In this document: positions 33,329-44,684 of the stretch, one piece after another | Layout of the letters: each line of letters begins with the position of its first letter | How positions within the stretch are numbered: the first letter of the stretch is position 1 | From: an uncultured Chloroflexia bacterium | GTDB taxonomy: Bacteria; Chloroflexota; Anaerolineae; CG2-30-64-16 | Length of the DNA: 64,000 nt | Assembly (NCBI GenBank): GCA_963810095.1 | Contig: CAWEMM010000006.1 | Coordinates: 1,440,001 to 1,504,000 of the forward strand | Direction: 5' to 3' | Translations under genes and position numbers: made by a program | Notes under the pieces: generated by a model | Database searches by the model: none | Seen by the model: the letters and a program-made list of their open reading frames with translations, nothing else | What the model was told of the DNA's origin: nothing

Positions 33329-34882
33329 ATGACCGCAGTCAAGACCCCGTGGCGTCAATCGATGCCGGATTTCCTCCAGTTTCTGGATGGAACGCTGGGA
33401 CACAAGGTCAAGCTCCACAAGGAAGTGCTCGGCTATGACCTGTATCTCGTCGATCTTTCGGACTGGAAGCTGCGCTTCTCCGACCGCACGCCCTTGATCA
33501 TCGTCAAGGAAGCGCGATCTGGCGTCGATGAGTGCCCGCGAGCTCGCGCAGAGCCTCGCCGAGGTGGTCCGCGGCCAGTCGCTGGCAGAGCGCAACCCCA
33601 TCGTCGTCGTGCAGGGACCCGGCAGAGCGAACTCAAGGAGCAGCTGCACGCCGACGTACCAGCCGCTGCTGGTGCTGGACGAGGCGGACGTGCAGGCCGT
33701 GCGCGAGTCGCGGCGGCCCTCGGGCGAATTGCTCGACCGGCTCGCGCCGCAGCTCGACCTGTCGCTCCTGACGCCCTACGAGACGAGCAAGCCCGTCACC
33801 GGCTCGCGCTTCTTCGGCCGGGAGTTCGAGGTGCGCCGCATCCTGCAGACGCGGCGACAGCAATTTCGCCATTATGGGCATCCGGCGCATCGGCAAGACG
33901 TCGCTGATGCGCGAGATCGAGCGCCAGCTGAAGGAGCAGGCGCAGGAGGCCGAGAGCGAAGAGACGCTGGAGCGCATCATCTTTATGGATTGCAGCGCCA
34001 TCGCGTCGCCCGAACAACTTCATCCAGGAAGTCGTGCGCAAGCTGCGGCCGCAGGAGCTGACGCGGCTGTCGTCCAAGCAGTACCCGATCTTCTTCCCCG
34101 ATTTCCTCGAGCGGATGGCGCAGCGCTACGGCGGCCCGATCATGTTCTTCCTCGACGAGTTCGACAAGGTGCTTACCTGGCACTACGAGGACGACTCGCT
34201 GCTCAACGCGCTGCGGGCGTCGAGCAACCAGGGTCACTCGCGCTATATCGTCGGCGGCTTCCGCGATGTGATGCGTGCGTTCAGCGACCTGGAATCGCCC
34301 CTGTACAACTTCGCGCGGCCCATCCGCCTCAAGGAGTTCAGCCGGGAGCAGGCCGCGGCGATGATTCTCGGCCCGCTGGAGAAGTTGGGCGTGCAGTTCG
34401 AGCGCCGCAACGACGTGGTCAACCGCATCTTCGACGAGACCGCCGGCCAGCCGAACCTGATCCAGTTCTACTGCAGCATCCTGGTCGAGCGGCTGGACCG
34501 CGAGGGCAGCCGGCGCATCGCATCGCTCGCCCGAGAGCCTGTTCGACGTCTACGGCAACGACGATTTCCGCGCGTTCGTGCTCAGCACCTTCATGGATAA
34601 CACGACGCACCTGGAGAAGGCGATCGTGTTTGCGGTGATGGCGGACCTGGGCGCGGAGCATCCATTCGGCGTCCAGCAGATCGACGGCGCGCTCGAACGT
34701 CGCGGGCGTCGAAATCCCGCTGTCCGACCTGGACCTTGCCTGCCGCAACCTGGAGCTTGGCGGGCACCTTCACCTCGCGCGGGCCGATGTTCCGCTTCGC
34801 GACGCCGGTTTTCCCGCGCATGCTGAGCGAGAACTACGACGTAGACTACCTGTTCCGCAAAGTGCTGCAAGAGGGCATCTGA
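33329..34882 (+). CDS. STAND-like P-loop ATPase with an unknown N-terminal domain (frameshifted)
   Basis: 'PYETSKPVTGSRFFGRE', Walker A GIRRIGKTS, Walker B FFLDEFD, SPLYNF and TAGQPNLIQ (GxP). Confidence 0.75.
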
Positions 34883-34884
34883 CA

Positions 34885-37738
34885 ATGAGCGCTAGCATCG
34901 AAGCCTGGCGGATCGTTCCCTACGAAGGAGGCGCATCGCCCGTTCAAGAAGGTGCGGGTGCGCGACGAGGCCGCGGGTGCGCGCGGTCGTGCGGCACCTG
35001 ATGAACGACGAGTGCGTCGCCTTGCTCGGTCCGCCCATGAGCGAGAAGAGCCACCTGCTGCGGGACGTGGCGGAGGCGCTGGAGCAGGGCGGTCGCTTCC
35101 GGCCGCTGCATATCGACTTGTGGCGCACACGATCGAACGATGAGGCCGCCTTCTTCACCAGCCTTGCCGAGTCTGCTGGCCGACGAGCTGCGGGACGCCG
35201 GCGCCGCGAGTCCCGACGAGCCGGCCGAGCACGCGCGGTTCCAGGGTTATCTCGCCGCTTGCGAATGCGAGCGGCCGCAGCCTTGCGCTGCTGATCGATC
35301 ACCTGCAGGCGCTGCCGCACGACCTCGTCCACAGCCTGCTGCGTCGCCCTGCGCGCGGCCTACATGGAGCGCGAGGCCGACGCGCCGCACAGCCTGGTCG
35401 CGGTGGTCACCGGCGGCATCAACCTCGTCGGTCTGTCCGTCCGGCCCGACCTCGCCGTTCAACATCGCCAAACCCGTGGTCGCGACACCGCTGACCCTCG
35501 AACAGAGCCGCGCGCTGGCCGAGGCGACGCTCAAGCGCTGGAGTGCTCGGCATCCGCCAACGGCATGGACCGCTTGCTGAGCCTGGGCGCAGGCGACCGG
35601 TACCTGATTCCGCGGCTCTGCGCCGACAGCTCCGAACTGGTCAGCTTGCACCGCCTGCACCGCGTGACGTCGGCCATTGCGGATCGCGCCGGCGCGGGCG
35701 CTCGTCGCCCGCGGACGCGGCCGCCGCCCGTTCGCGCCGCCATCCGCATGATCGAGGAAGACCCGGACACGGTGCTGGACGTGCTGCACCTGCTCGACCA
35801 CGGCTCGCTGCCGCGCTCACGCTCGCGCCAGATGCCGACGCGCACCGGCACGGACCGGCTGCAGCTCTCGGGCGCGGTGGTCCTGGTCGGATGGGTGCTA
35901 CGGCTTTATGAACGAGGCGTACCGCGAGGCGTTGGCCGCGCACTTCACCACCGACCGGGTCGGGCACATGTTGCGGATTGCCGGGCCGGTGGAGCGAGGC
36001 GATCGCCTATCTCGCGCCGCAGCGGGCGCGCGTCGCGCGTCCGCAGCTGCTCGAAGCCATCGTCCAGATCGATCTATGCGAGCTGACTCGTCCGAACAGG
36101 CGTATCGGGCTGCTGGCCGACGGCCTGCGGCTCGGCTTCGGCCTGTCGGACATCGGCATCTACTGCGGCGCTGCCGGCCGACTGCTCAGCTCGACCGCGT
36201 CTATCCGCCCAAGGACGGCGGCCCGAGGAGCACGTCGACCTGCGCGATCCCGGGTGCGTCGAGGCCCAGACCTTCAACCTGGGCAACTATGCGCTGCGCG
36301 GCACCGCGGATGAGGCGCGCCTGGTCGTCGCGCTGGCATCGGCCAGCCGGCCGCTCGGCGTCGTGACGATCGAACGCTATGTGCAGAACCGCGATCCGCA
36401 CGAGCTGCCCGACGAACTGCCCGACCTGCTGCGTTTCCTGCAGCACGCAGTCCGGGGCGCTGGAAAACGTCATCACTCGGGCTGCCTACCGCGCCATCGG
36501 ACAGGCCGTGCTGGATGCCAAGGCCATGCAGCCGACCGTGGAGCGGGTGCTCGAGACGGTAGCGGAGGCGCTTGGGCTGCGACTACGGCGCCCTGTATCT
36601 GCGGGATGAGACCGCCGCCAGCTGGAGATGGCCGCAGCAGTCGGCAGGGTGGTGACGGAGGAGTGGCAGGCGCAGGCGCGCTTTCCCCTCGACGGCCGAC
36701 ACCCCGCGGTCACCGCGCTGCTGGAGGGGCGGATGTTGACGGCGCGAGGGGGCGAGGACGCAGAGGACCGCGTGCTGCACGACCGTTTCGGCCTGCACCG
36801 CTACCTGCGCGTCTTCCTGCCTCTGCTCGCCGGCGGCGAACAGCTCGGCACGCTCGAACTGGGCTACGCGAGCCGGCCGCATGCGCATGTCGGATGAGCT
36901 ACAAGCGGACGCTGGTCGAGTTCGCCGACCAGGTGGCGATCGCGGTGCATAACATGCTGCTGCTGCGGCGGACGGACGAGGCGCTGGCACGCGCAAGCTG
37001 GCCGAGCTTGTCGGTGGGCCGCGAGATTCAGCTCAGCCTGCTGCCGAAGGTCACGCCGACCGTTCCCGGCTGGCAGTTCGCGGCCATGTACGAGGCCGCC
37101 CGCACCGTCGGCGGCGACTTCTACGACTTCTGCGAATTGCCGGGTCCGCCCGCATCGGCTGGGCGTCGTCATTGCCGATGTGGCGGACAAGGGCGTGCCG
37201 GCCGCGCTGTTCATGGCGGTCAGCCGGACGATCATTCGCAGCGTCGCGCTTCACCGGCCGCGGCCCGGCCGTCTGCCCTGATGCGAGCGAACCAACTGAT
37301 TCTCGCCGACAGCCAGGCCGACCTGTTCCTGAGCGCGATCTACCTGGTGCTCGAGACCGACAACGGGCGCGGATTTCGTTCAGCAACGCGGGGCACAACC
37401 GGCCGCTGCTGGTACCGCGCTGCGGACCGCGCAGCTCACGCGAGCTGACCCAGCGCGGCATCATCCTGGGCGCGTTCGACGAGATCACGCTGCAGGACGA
37501 CACGGCTGGACCTGGCCGCCGGCGACGTGCTGGTGCTGTACACGGACGGCGTCACGGACGCGCTCAACGCGGACGGGCGAGGAGTTCGGCGAGCAGCGCC
37601 TGTTCGACGTGGTGCGGGGCAGCGCCGCACGGCAGCGCGCAGGAGATCCTGTGGGCGATCACGGGCGCGCTGGCGGGCTTCATCGGCGACACGGAGCAGG
37701 CGGACGACGTGACCTGCGTCGTGATCAAGAAGGACTAG
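34885..37738 (+). CDS. Degenerate AAA_35/STAND-like domain + GAF domain(s) + SpoIIE/RsbU-type PP2C phosphatase (many frameshifts)
   Basis: N-term [20 protein letters not shown]; GAF-like '[14 protein letters not shown]...[11 protein letters not shown]'; PP2C motifs [28 protein letters not shown] and DDVT. Confidence 0.7.
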
Positions 37739-37828
37739 GCCTTTGTTTGTTGGGGCCCGGATGACCCTCAACACCTGGTTGCATGGGCCGCCTTGCTGTT
37801 GGGGGCCGTCGGGCCCCCAACGCCCCCG
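37739..37828. repeat. Left arm of dispersed element copy B (interrupted by IS481)
   Basis: GTTGGGGGCCGTCGGGCCCCCAACGCCCCCG matches the left arm of copy A. Confidence 0.7.
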
Positions 37829-37914
37829 TGTATAGACCGGGGACATAGTAGACAGTCGTTCGGAGACATGGTAGACGCTAGAATGGGAATAACTGCCACC
37901 GGAAGGAGGCTGAT

Positions 37915-39057
37915 ATGCCCTGGCGAGAGGCAAATGCCATGTCCTTACGACTTGATTTCGTGACCCGAGCTGGTCACGAAGCTGCTAACGTGCGGGCCCT
38001 GTGCCGCGAGTTCGGTATCAGCCCGAACACTGCGTACAAGTGGCTTGTGCGCTACCAGGCGGCGGGGCCCGCGGGGCTGGCCGATCGCTCACGGCGCCCG
38101 AACGCAGTCCGAGCCGACACGCCGCCCGGCCGCGAACAGTTGGTGCTGGCGACGCGCCAGGCCCACCCGGCCTGGGGCGGCCGCAAGCTCAAGGCCTACC
38201 TGGAGCAGGCCGGCTATGCGGACGTGCCGGCAGCTTCCACCATCACAGCCATTCTGCGCCGGCACGGGGCGCTGGATGACCAGGAGGGCGCTCAGCATCG
38301 CGCCTTTCAGCGTTTCGAACGTGAGGCGCCCAACGAGCTGTGGCAGATGGACTTCAAGGGCCATTTTGCGCTCGGGGATGGTACGCGCTGCGACCCCTTG
38401 ACGGTCCTCGACGACCATGCGCGCTTCCTGTTGGCGCTGGACGCCTGTGCCGACGAGACCCGCCGCACGGTGCAGGCCGCGCTGACCGGCGTCTTCGAGC
38501 GCTACGGCTTGCCCGAGCGCATCCTGTGCGATCATGGGCCACCGTGGGGCGCCCCCAATGCCGGCGACGTGTACACGACGTTGAGTGCGTGGCTCTTGCG
38601 GCTGGGCATCGGGGTCGTGCACGGGCGGCCCAAGCATCCGCAGACGCAAGGCAAGGACGAGCGATTGCATCGCACGTTGCGGGCCGAGTTGCTGCGCCGG
38701 CAGACGTTCGCCGATCTGCCGGCCTGTCAGCCCGCCTTCGATACCTGGCGGCAGATGTATAATGAACAGCGCCCGCATGAGGCGCTAGCCATGCAGGTGC
38801 CGGCGGCCCGCTATCGGCCCAGCCCGCGCCCGTGGCCCGCCCGCCTGCCCGCGATCGAGTATCCGGCCAGCGACCGAGTGCGCCGGGTGCAAGATAAGGG
38901 CCAGATCAAAGTCGGCGGCCACGAGTTTCGCATCGGCAAAGCCTTCATCGGCTACCCGGTGGGCCTCCGGCCCACGAACCAGGACGGCTGCTATGACGTT
39001 TACTTCTGCGCCCAGCGCATTGGCCAAATTCAACTATCCGCCGGGCAACGGATTTAG
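37915..39057 (+). CDS. IS481-family DDE transposase
   Basis: MPWRE start; HTH 'LCREFGISPNTAYKW'; WQMDFKG, DHG and PQTQGKDER. Confidence 0.93.
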   Translation: MPWREANAMSLRLDFVTRAGHEAANVRALCREFGISPNTAYKWLVRYQAAGPAGLADRSRRPNAVRADTPPGREQLVLATRQAHPAWGGRKLKAYLEQAGYADVPAASTITAILRRHGALDDQEGAQHRAFQRFEREAPNELWQMDFKGHFALGDGTRCDPLTVLDDHARFLLALDACADETRRTVQAALTGVFERYGLPERILCDHGPPWGAPNAGDVYTTLSAWLLRLGIGVVHGRPKHPQTQGKDERLHRTLRAELLRRQTFADLPACQPAFDTWRQMYNEQRPHEALAMQVPAARYRPSPRPWPARLPAIEYPASDRVRRVQDKGQIKVGGHEFRIGKAFIGYPVGLRPTNQDGCYDVYFCAQRIGQIQLSAGQRI

Positions 39058-39073
39058 CTCAGCCTGTGGGTAA

Positions 39074-40858
39074 GGGGCTGTCCGAAAAGTAATCGGGCGG
39101 CCCCTTTTTTGCGTGCTTTTCTCGCGTTCTTTAAGGATTCATGGTTTAATGGGGGCATGAAACGCAAACCTGCTGCCCCCGTCTTCAAGCCCTACACGAT
39201 GGCTCAGCCGCAGTTGCTGCCGCCGAGCCTGGATGAGTTGATCGAGCCGGACCACCTGGTGCGGGTGGTAAATGCGGCGATCGACCAGTTGGATTTGCGG
39301 CCGCTGCTGGCGCAGTACCCCGGCGGCGGGACGTCCAGCTATCATCCGCAGATGCTGCTGAAGGTGTTGGTGTACGCCTATTGCAGCAAGATCTACTCGT
39401 CGCGGCGGATTGCGGCGGCGCTGCGGGAGAACATTCACTTCATGTGGTTGAGTGGCGGGAACCGGCCGGACTTTCGCACGATCAACGACTTTCGCGGGCA
39501 GCGGATGAAGGGCGTGATCGACGCGGTGTTCGCCGAGGTGCTGCAGTACCTGGTCGAGGCGGGGTACGTGCAGTTGGAGCACTACTTCGTCGACGGGACG
39601 AAGATCGCCGCCGATGCGAACCAGCACAAGGTGGTGTGGGCCAAGCGCACGGCGCGTTACCAGCAGCGGGTGCGGGAGCAGATCGCGTGAGTTGCTGCGG
39701 CAGATCGAGCAGGTGAATGCTGACGAGCAGGCCGAGTACGGCGATGCCGATCTGGAAGAGCGGGGCCGGCGGTGGGGGTGGCGAGATCGACTCGGACGCA
39801 ACTCAAGGAGCGCATCGACCAACTCAACCAGCGGCTCCGCGAGCGTCAGCACCCCAAGCCCGAAGCCCAGGCAGCCGAGAAGGCGCTGAAGAAACTGGCG
39901 ACGGATTGTCTGCCGCGGTTGGAGAAGTACGAGCAGCAGACCGCGACGCTGGCGGGGCGGTCGAGCTATGCCCAGACCGACCCGGACGCCACGTGCATGC
40001 GGATGAAGGAAGACCGCGGCGCCGAGCGGCCCTGGCCCAAGCCGGCCTACAACGTGCAGGTGGGCACGGAAGGGCAATTCATCGTCGGGTTCAGCGTGCA
40101 CGACCAGGCGGGCGACACCGGGTGCCTGATCCCGCATCTGGAGCAGGTGCGCCAGAACACCGGCGGCCGCTTACCGCAGAACGTGGTGGCGGATGCGGGG
40201 TACGGCAGCGAAGAGAACTACGCCTATCTGGAACAGCAGCAGGTGGGCAACTACCTCAAGTACAACACCTTCTACCAGGACACGCATCATTACCGCGACC
40301 CGGCCGTGCTGCGGGCGCACCAGTTCCGGGCCGAGAACTTCGCCTACGACGCGGCCACCGACACCTTCGTCTGCCCGGCCGGCCAGCGGCTGCACTTCCA
40401 GTACACCACCCGCTACACCAGCGACAACGGCTACCTGAGCGACCGCCGCATCTACGAATGCTTCGCGTGTGCCGACTGCCCGCTGCGCAGCCAGTGCACC
40501 CGGGCCAAAGGCAACCGCCAGATTCGCATCAGTTTCCGCTTGCTCGCCTACCGCAAGCAAGCCCGCGACAACCTGACCAGCGCCGACAGGTGAGCGCTTA
40601 CGCGCCGCGCGCTCCGTCGAGGTGGAAACCGTCTTCGGGCATATCAAACAGAATATGGGCTTCCGGAGATTTCACTTACGCGGGCGGGCGAAAGTGAAGA
40701 CCGAATGGGGGCTCGTGAGCATCGCTCACAACCTGAAGAAGGTGGCGGCCGCATAGGCCGCTTTTTTTCTCCGCTTTCCGCGAGCTCCAACTCATCTCCC
40801 GCTGACTCCGAATCGGCACAAGAAAGGGGCTGCCTGGATGTTCTTTCCAGACAGCCCC
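39074..40858 (+). mobile_element. IS1182-family insertion sequence
   Basis: Terminal IR GGGGCTGTCCGAAAAG / CTTTCCAGACAGCCCC; exact ends uncertain because the flanking target is itself palindromic. Confidence 0.8.
39157..40756 (+). CDS. IS1182-family transposase (frameshifts near 39690, 39775 and 40590)
   Basis: YSSRRI, PDFRTI, VDGTKI, TDPDA, ADAGYGSE, CPAG, VETVFGHIK and HNLKK. Confidence 0.9.
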
Positions 40859-40954
40859 TTACCCACAGGCCCGACGCGACGACACCATTCTTTAAGGTGT
40901 TCAGGTGTCTACGATGTCCCCGAACACCTGTCTACGATGTATTCGGTCCATACA

Positions 40955-41095
40955 CCCCGACGAAGGGCTGCGCCGCTTCGACCCCCTAATTTGCTCGGGC
41001 AGCACCGCATCCGCCGTCTAACGCGCACGGCTGCCGGCCGGGACGGGGCCGACAGTGGCAGGCTTGCACGAACCGACGCGATGGAAAATGTACGT
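40955..41095. repeat. Continuation of dispersed element copy B after the IS481
   Basis: GAAGGGCTGCGCCGCTTCGACCCCC and CAGTGGCAGGCTTGCACGA align with copy A (GAGGGGCTGCGCCCCCTCGACCCCC; CAGTTGCGGGCTTGCACGA). Confidence 0.7.
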
Positions 41096-41114
41096 CAGGC
41101 GGTTTCGCTTTGCA

Positions 41115-44100
41115 TCAAGGGCGGCGGGGGCCCGCGGGACCGGGCCAAAGCGGGAAACCGCCGCCCGTCACAGGCAGGGTGCCGGGCCCACGCAGGACGT
41201 CCGACTTGAAGCGCGGGATGATACGGTAGCCCGCGTCGGGCGTCTTCTCGCCCACGGACTGCCCCAGGACGCCCTGCCGCGGCCCACATCTGCCCGATCT
41301 GCACGTAGGGGCGGCGCCAGGGCAGGCTCTCGGGGAAGTAGATGCGGATCAGCCCGGCCCTGTCTTTCAAGACCAGGCCGCGCGTCTCGTACTTGACCAC
41401 CGCACCCACGACCTGCACGAGCCTCCCCTCGTTCGCTTCTGCCAGGTCCGCCGAGGTGACCGGCTGCGGCGCGACAGCCTTGCCTTCGCCCAGCACTGTT
41501 AAGTAACCGGCATCGGGGACAGATAACTCGGTTTCTCCGTAGAAGTCGCGGGTCCAGCCCGTGACCCGCACCCGGCTGCCCGGCTTCAGCGTGGGATAGT
41601 CGCCTTTGCGCAGGTAGACCTTGATGCCCCCTGTCTCGTCCTGCAAGTAGATCGTCTTCGCAATCAGCCCGGGCGGGAAAGTCACGGTGCCGCTGACGAC
41701 GGCGCGACTGTCTACCTTCGCCGAGCGGGCCGCCGCGACGGTTTGCGGAACCGGCGGGGGCGTGGCTTGGGGCGGAGCAGGCGCCGCGGGCGCAGGAGGC
41801 GGCAGCAGGCGGTTCGGCTGGCCCGGCGTCGCCTCGCAGTCGGACGTCCACCCGCCTACGCCGTCGGTGTTCCGACAGTAACTGCGGTCTGCGCCCGGCC
41901 CATGGTCATAGGCGAAGCGGTCTGCCAACGTCCCGTCGCTCCTGGTGAGGGTCACCGAGTCGCGCCAGTCGCTCAGCGAGAGACGGGTCTGGCCGCGGAA
42001 GAACAGCATGAAGCTGTGGGGCCAGATCACGGCGCCCGCGGGAATGCGGTAGCTCGCGGCCTCATCGCCGATCTGCCAGCCCTCCAGGGGGACGGCGCTG
42101 CCCGTCGGATTATGCAACTCGATCCATTCGTCCGAGAAGTTCGCCGTGCCGTCGCGATCCCAGTCGACCGAGCGCGGGTCAGGGAGGATTTCATTCAGCT
42201 TGACCTTCAGCGCATCGGGCGGGAGCGGGGTGGGGGTCGGCGTCTGCGTGGACGTGGGCGAGGCCGTGACGGTGCCGGTGGGAGTGCGCGTTGGCGTGAC
42301 AGTGCGCGTGGGTGTGGAGGTGCGCGTGGGCGTGACGGTACGCGTGGGTGTGGAGGTGCGGGTGGGCGTCGGCGTGGCGGCGGGATCGCGGGTTGGGGTC
42401 GCGGTCGGCGTTGCGGTGGGCACGAGGGTCGTGCGCTCGCCTGGGTTGGGCGCTTGGCGGGTCCAGTCCGCCGCGCTGTCACTGTCCTGGAGGTTCCAGC
42501 GGCCTAGTGACTCGCCGGCACGCACTTTCTCGCAGGGCGGCTCGTTAATGCTCGTGTCCGAGCCGTAGCTCATGGCGTCGACGACGGTGGCGTCGGGTGC
42601 GAGGAGGCGGACCGCGTCGCCGGTGTTGCTCAGCCCGTTGCCAATGGCGCCCTCGAGGCTGACGAGCAGGCCCGAGAAGCCGGGGAAACTGGCGCGGAAC
42701 GCGGCTTCTTTGGCGGCAACAACGGCATATTCGCCGGGCAGCAGGCTGAACTCGGGCAGCGCGTCCTGGCCCGTGTTGTCGCCGATGCGCCAGCCCGAGA
42801 GCAGGACCGCGTCGCCCGTGGGGTTCACGATCTCGACGAACTCCCAATCGGCATCCGCGCCGTCTTGGATAGGGTCGTACAGCACTTCACTTAGGAGCAG
42901 CTTCGGCCAAGCCGCCGGATACGGGAGAGTTGGCGAAGGCGTCGGCGTGGCTGTGCGGGTGGAGGCGGGCGTGCGCGTGACTGTAGGCGTGCGGGTGACC
43001 GTGGGACTTGGGCCGGCCGTTCGCGTCGCAGCCGGCGTGCGGGTTGCGCTCGCGGTCCGAGTCGGAGTCCGCGTGAGGGTTGCAGTCCGCGTGATTGCGG
43101 TCCGCGTTGGGCTCGCGGTGCGGGTTGGGCTGGGGGTGCGGGTCGGCGTCGGAGTGGGCGTGCTTTCGATCGTCCCGCTCACGCCGGGATTGGGGACCGA
43201 TTGCCCATACCAGTCTTCTGCCGTGCCGGTGTCCATGTCGCTGGGGATACGCGACAAGGACTCGCCGGCCGCTACCCCGGGGCACGCCGGGTCGAACGCC
43301 GTCGTATCTGAGCCATAGCTCATCGCATCTGCCAGCACGCCGTTCGGCGCCACCAGGCTGACGCGGTCGCCCGTGTTGCTCAGGCCGTTGCCGATCGCGT
43401 TCTCCAGCGCCGCGAAGCCGGCCGCATAGGAGGGGAAGTTGGCCAGGAAGCCCTCGTGCGAGGCGGCAACCACCAAGTACCCTCGTGGCCCGACGACGGC
43501 GCCGGGCAGGACGTCTTCGCCGCCGTTGTCCCTCAGCCGCCAGCCCACCAGCGAGATGGGCTCGTCGCTCGCATTGAACAACTCGACGAATTCATACGAG
43601 CTGTCCGTGCCCGCTTGTGGTGGGTCGTAGAATACTTCGGAGATCAGCAGCGCGGCCGGCGGAAGAAGCGCAGTCGGCGTTGGGGTGGACGAAGGCTGCG
43701 GGGTGACGGTGGGGGTGGGCGAAGCGGTGGCACTGGCTGCCGGCGTGGGAGAGGTCGTAGGTGAAGTCTCGGGCGTATCAGTCGCCGTCGGGGTCGGGGC
43801 ACCGGTGGGCGTCGCCGACGGGGTCGGGCTGGGGGTGCGCGTCCATGTGGGCGCAGGCGTGGGGGTCGGCGTCGGGGTCGCGGTCTCCGTCGCCGTGTTG
43901 GTGGGGGTTGGTGCAGATAGCGGCGACCACGGGCCGCCCGGCGATGGGAGGCCCGGTGCGAAGTCAGGGGCCGCGTCGCCGTCGTCGCCCGACGAGGGGC
44001 GCCCCAGCGACTGTCCCTCGGGCACGTCGGGGCAGGGTGGGTTGAACGCGCTGGCGTCCGAGCCGTAGCTCATCGCGTCGACGATCGTCCCGCCGGCATC

Positions 44101-44490
44101 GATCAGCGATACTGCGTCGCCCGAGTTGCTCAACCCGTTGCCGATCGGGCCGCCCAACGACACCAGCGCGCCTGCAAAGCCCGGGTTGGCCGCGAGAAAA
44201 TCCGCCTGGTTCGAGGCGACCACGAGGAACTGGCCGGGCGCAATCGTCACGCTCGGCAGCGCGTCGGTGCTCTGGTTGTCGCGCAGGCTCCAGCCGAGCA
44301 AGCTGGCGGGCTGGGCGGTGGGGTTGAACAGTTCGACGAACTCAGCCCCGGGCTCAGGTGCGGCGGGGTCGTACAGCACCTCGGTAATCAGGAGGTGGTT
44401 CGCAGTGGTCCCGTGAATGGCGCTTGGGGCCAGAAAGAGGGTCAGGAAGAGCAGGCTGACCAGGGAAGCGACCAGGGCGCGGCGAGGCAT
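41115..44490 (-). CDS. Secreted surface protein: 4 lamin-tail domains, Thr/Pro linkers, OB-fold-like C-terminus and LPVTG (frameshift near 41275)
   Basis: Signal peptide; four 'I(T/S/N)EVLYDP...EFVELxN' repeats; 'IYLQDETGGIKVY'; corrected frame ends IPRFKSDVLRGPGTLPVTGGGFPLWPGPAGPRRP*. Confidence 0.8.
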
Positions 44491-44621
44491 GATTTACTCC
44501 ACCCTTTTCGATGACGGCGGCGGCACGATGGGTGGAAGAGTGAAGCTTCCGGGCGCGATGATACACCCTGCCAAGCATGGAGTGTCAAGTTGCGGCGCGC
44601 GCGGGATGAGGGTGGGCAAAC

Positions 44622-44652
44622 AAAAGCGCCGCCCCCAGCCGGGGCGGCGCTC
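44622..44652 (-). terminator. Intrinsic terminator after rpoD
   Basis: Stem AGCGCCGCCCC/GGGGCGGCGCT followed on the minus strand by TTTTGTTT. Confidence 0.75.
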
Positions 44653-44684
44653 TCAAGTCTCCGTCTGTGTAGGCTACCCTCGTC

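Larger units (their letters stand above)
37829..40954 (+). mobile_element. IS481-family insertion sequence containing a nested IS1182
   Basis: Ends TGTATAGACCG...CGGTCCATACA; repeated subterminal GACATxGTAGAC / GTCTACGATGT boxes; CCCCG direct repeat at 37824-37828 and 40955-40959. Confidence 0.9.

Noticed and set aside
39680-40600. Programmed frameshifting in the IS1182 transposase
   Set aside because: Several shifts with no slippery heptamer noticed; IS1182 transposases are normally single ORFs; consistent with the general indel noise or decay
42230-43900. Short tandem repeats (GTGCGCGTGGGC-like) as a non-coding array or VNTR
   Set aside because: They encode the Thr/Pro/Arg linkers of the lamin-tail protein
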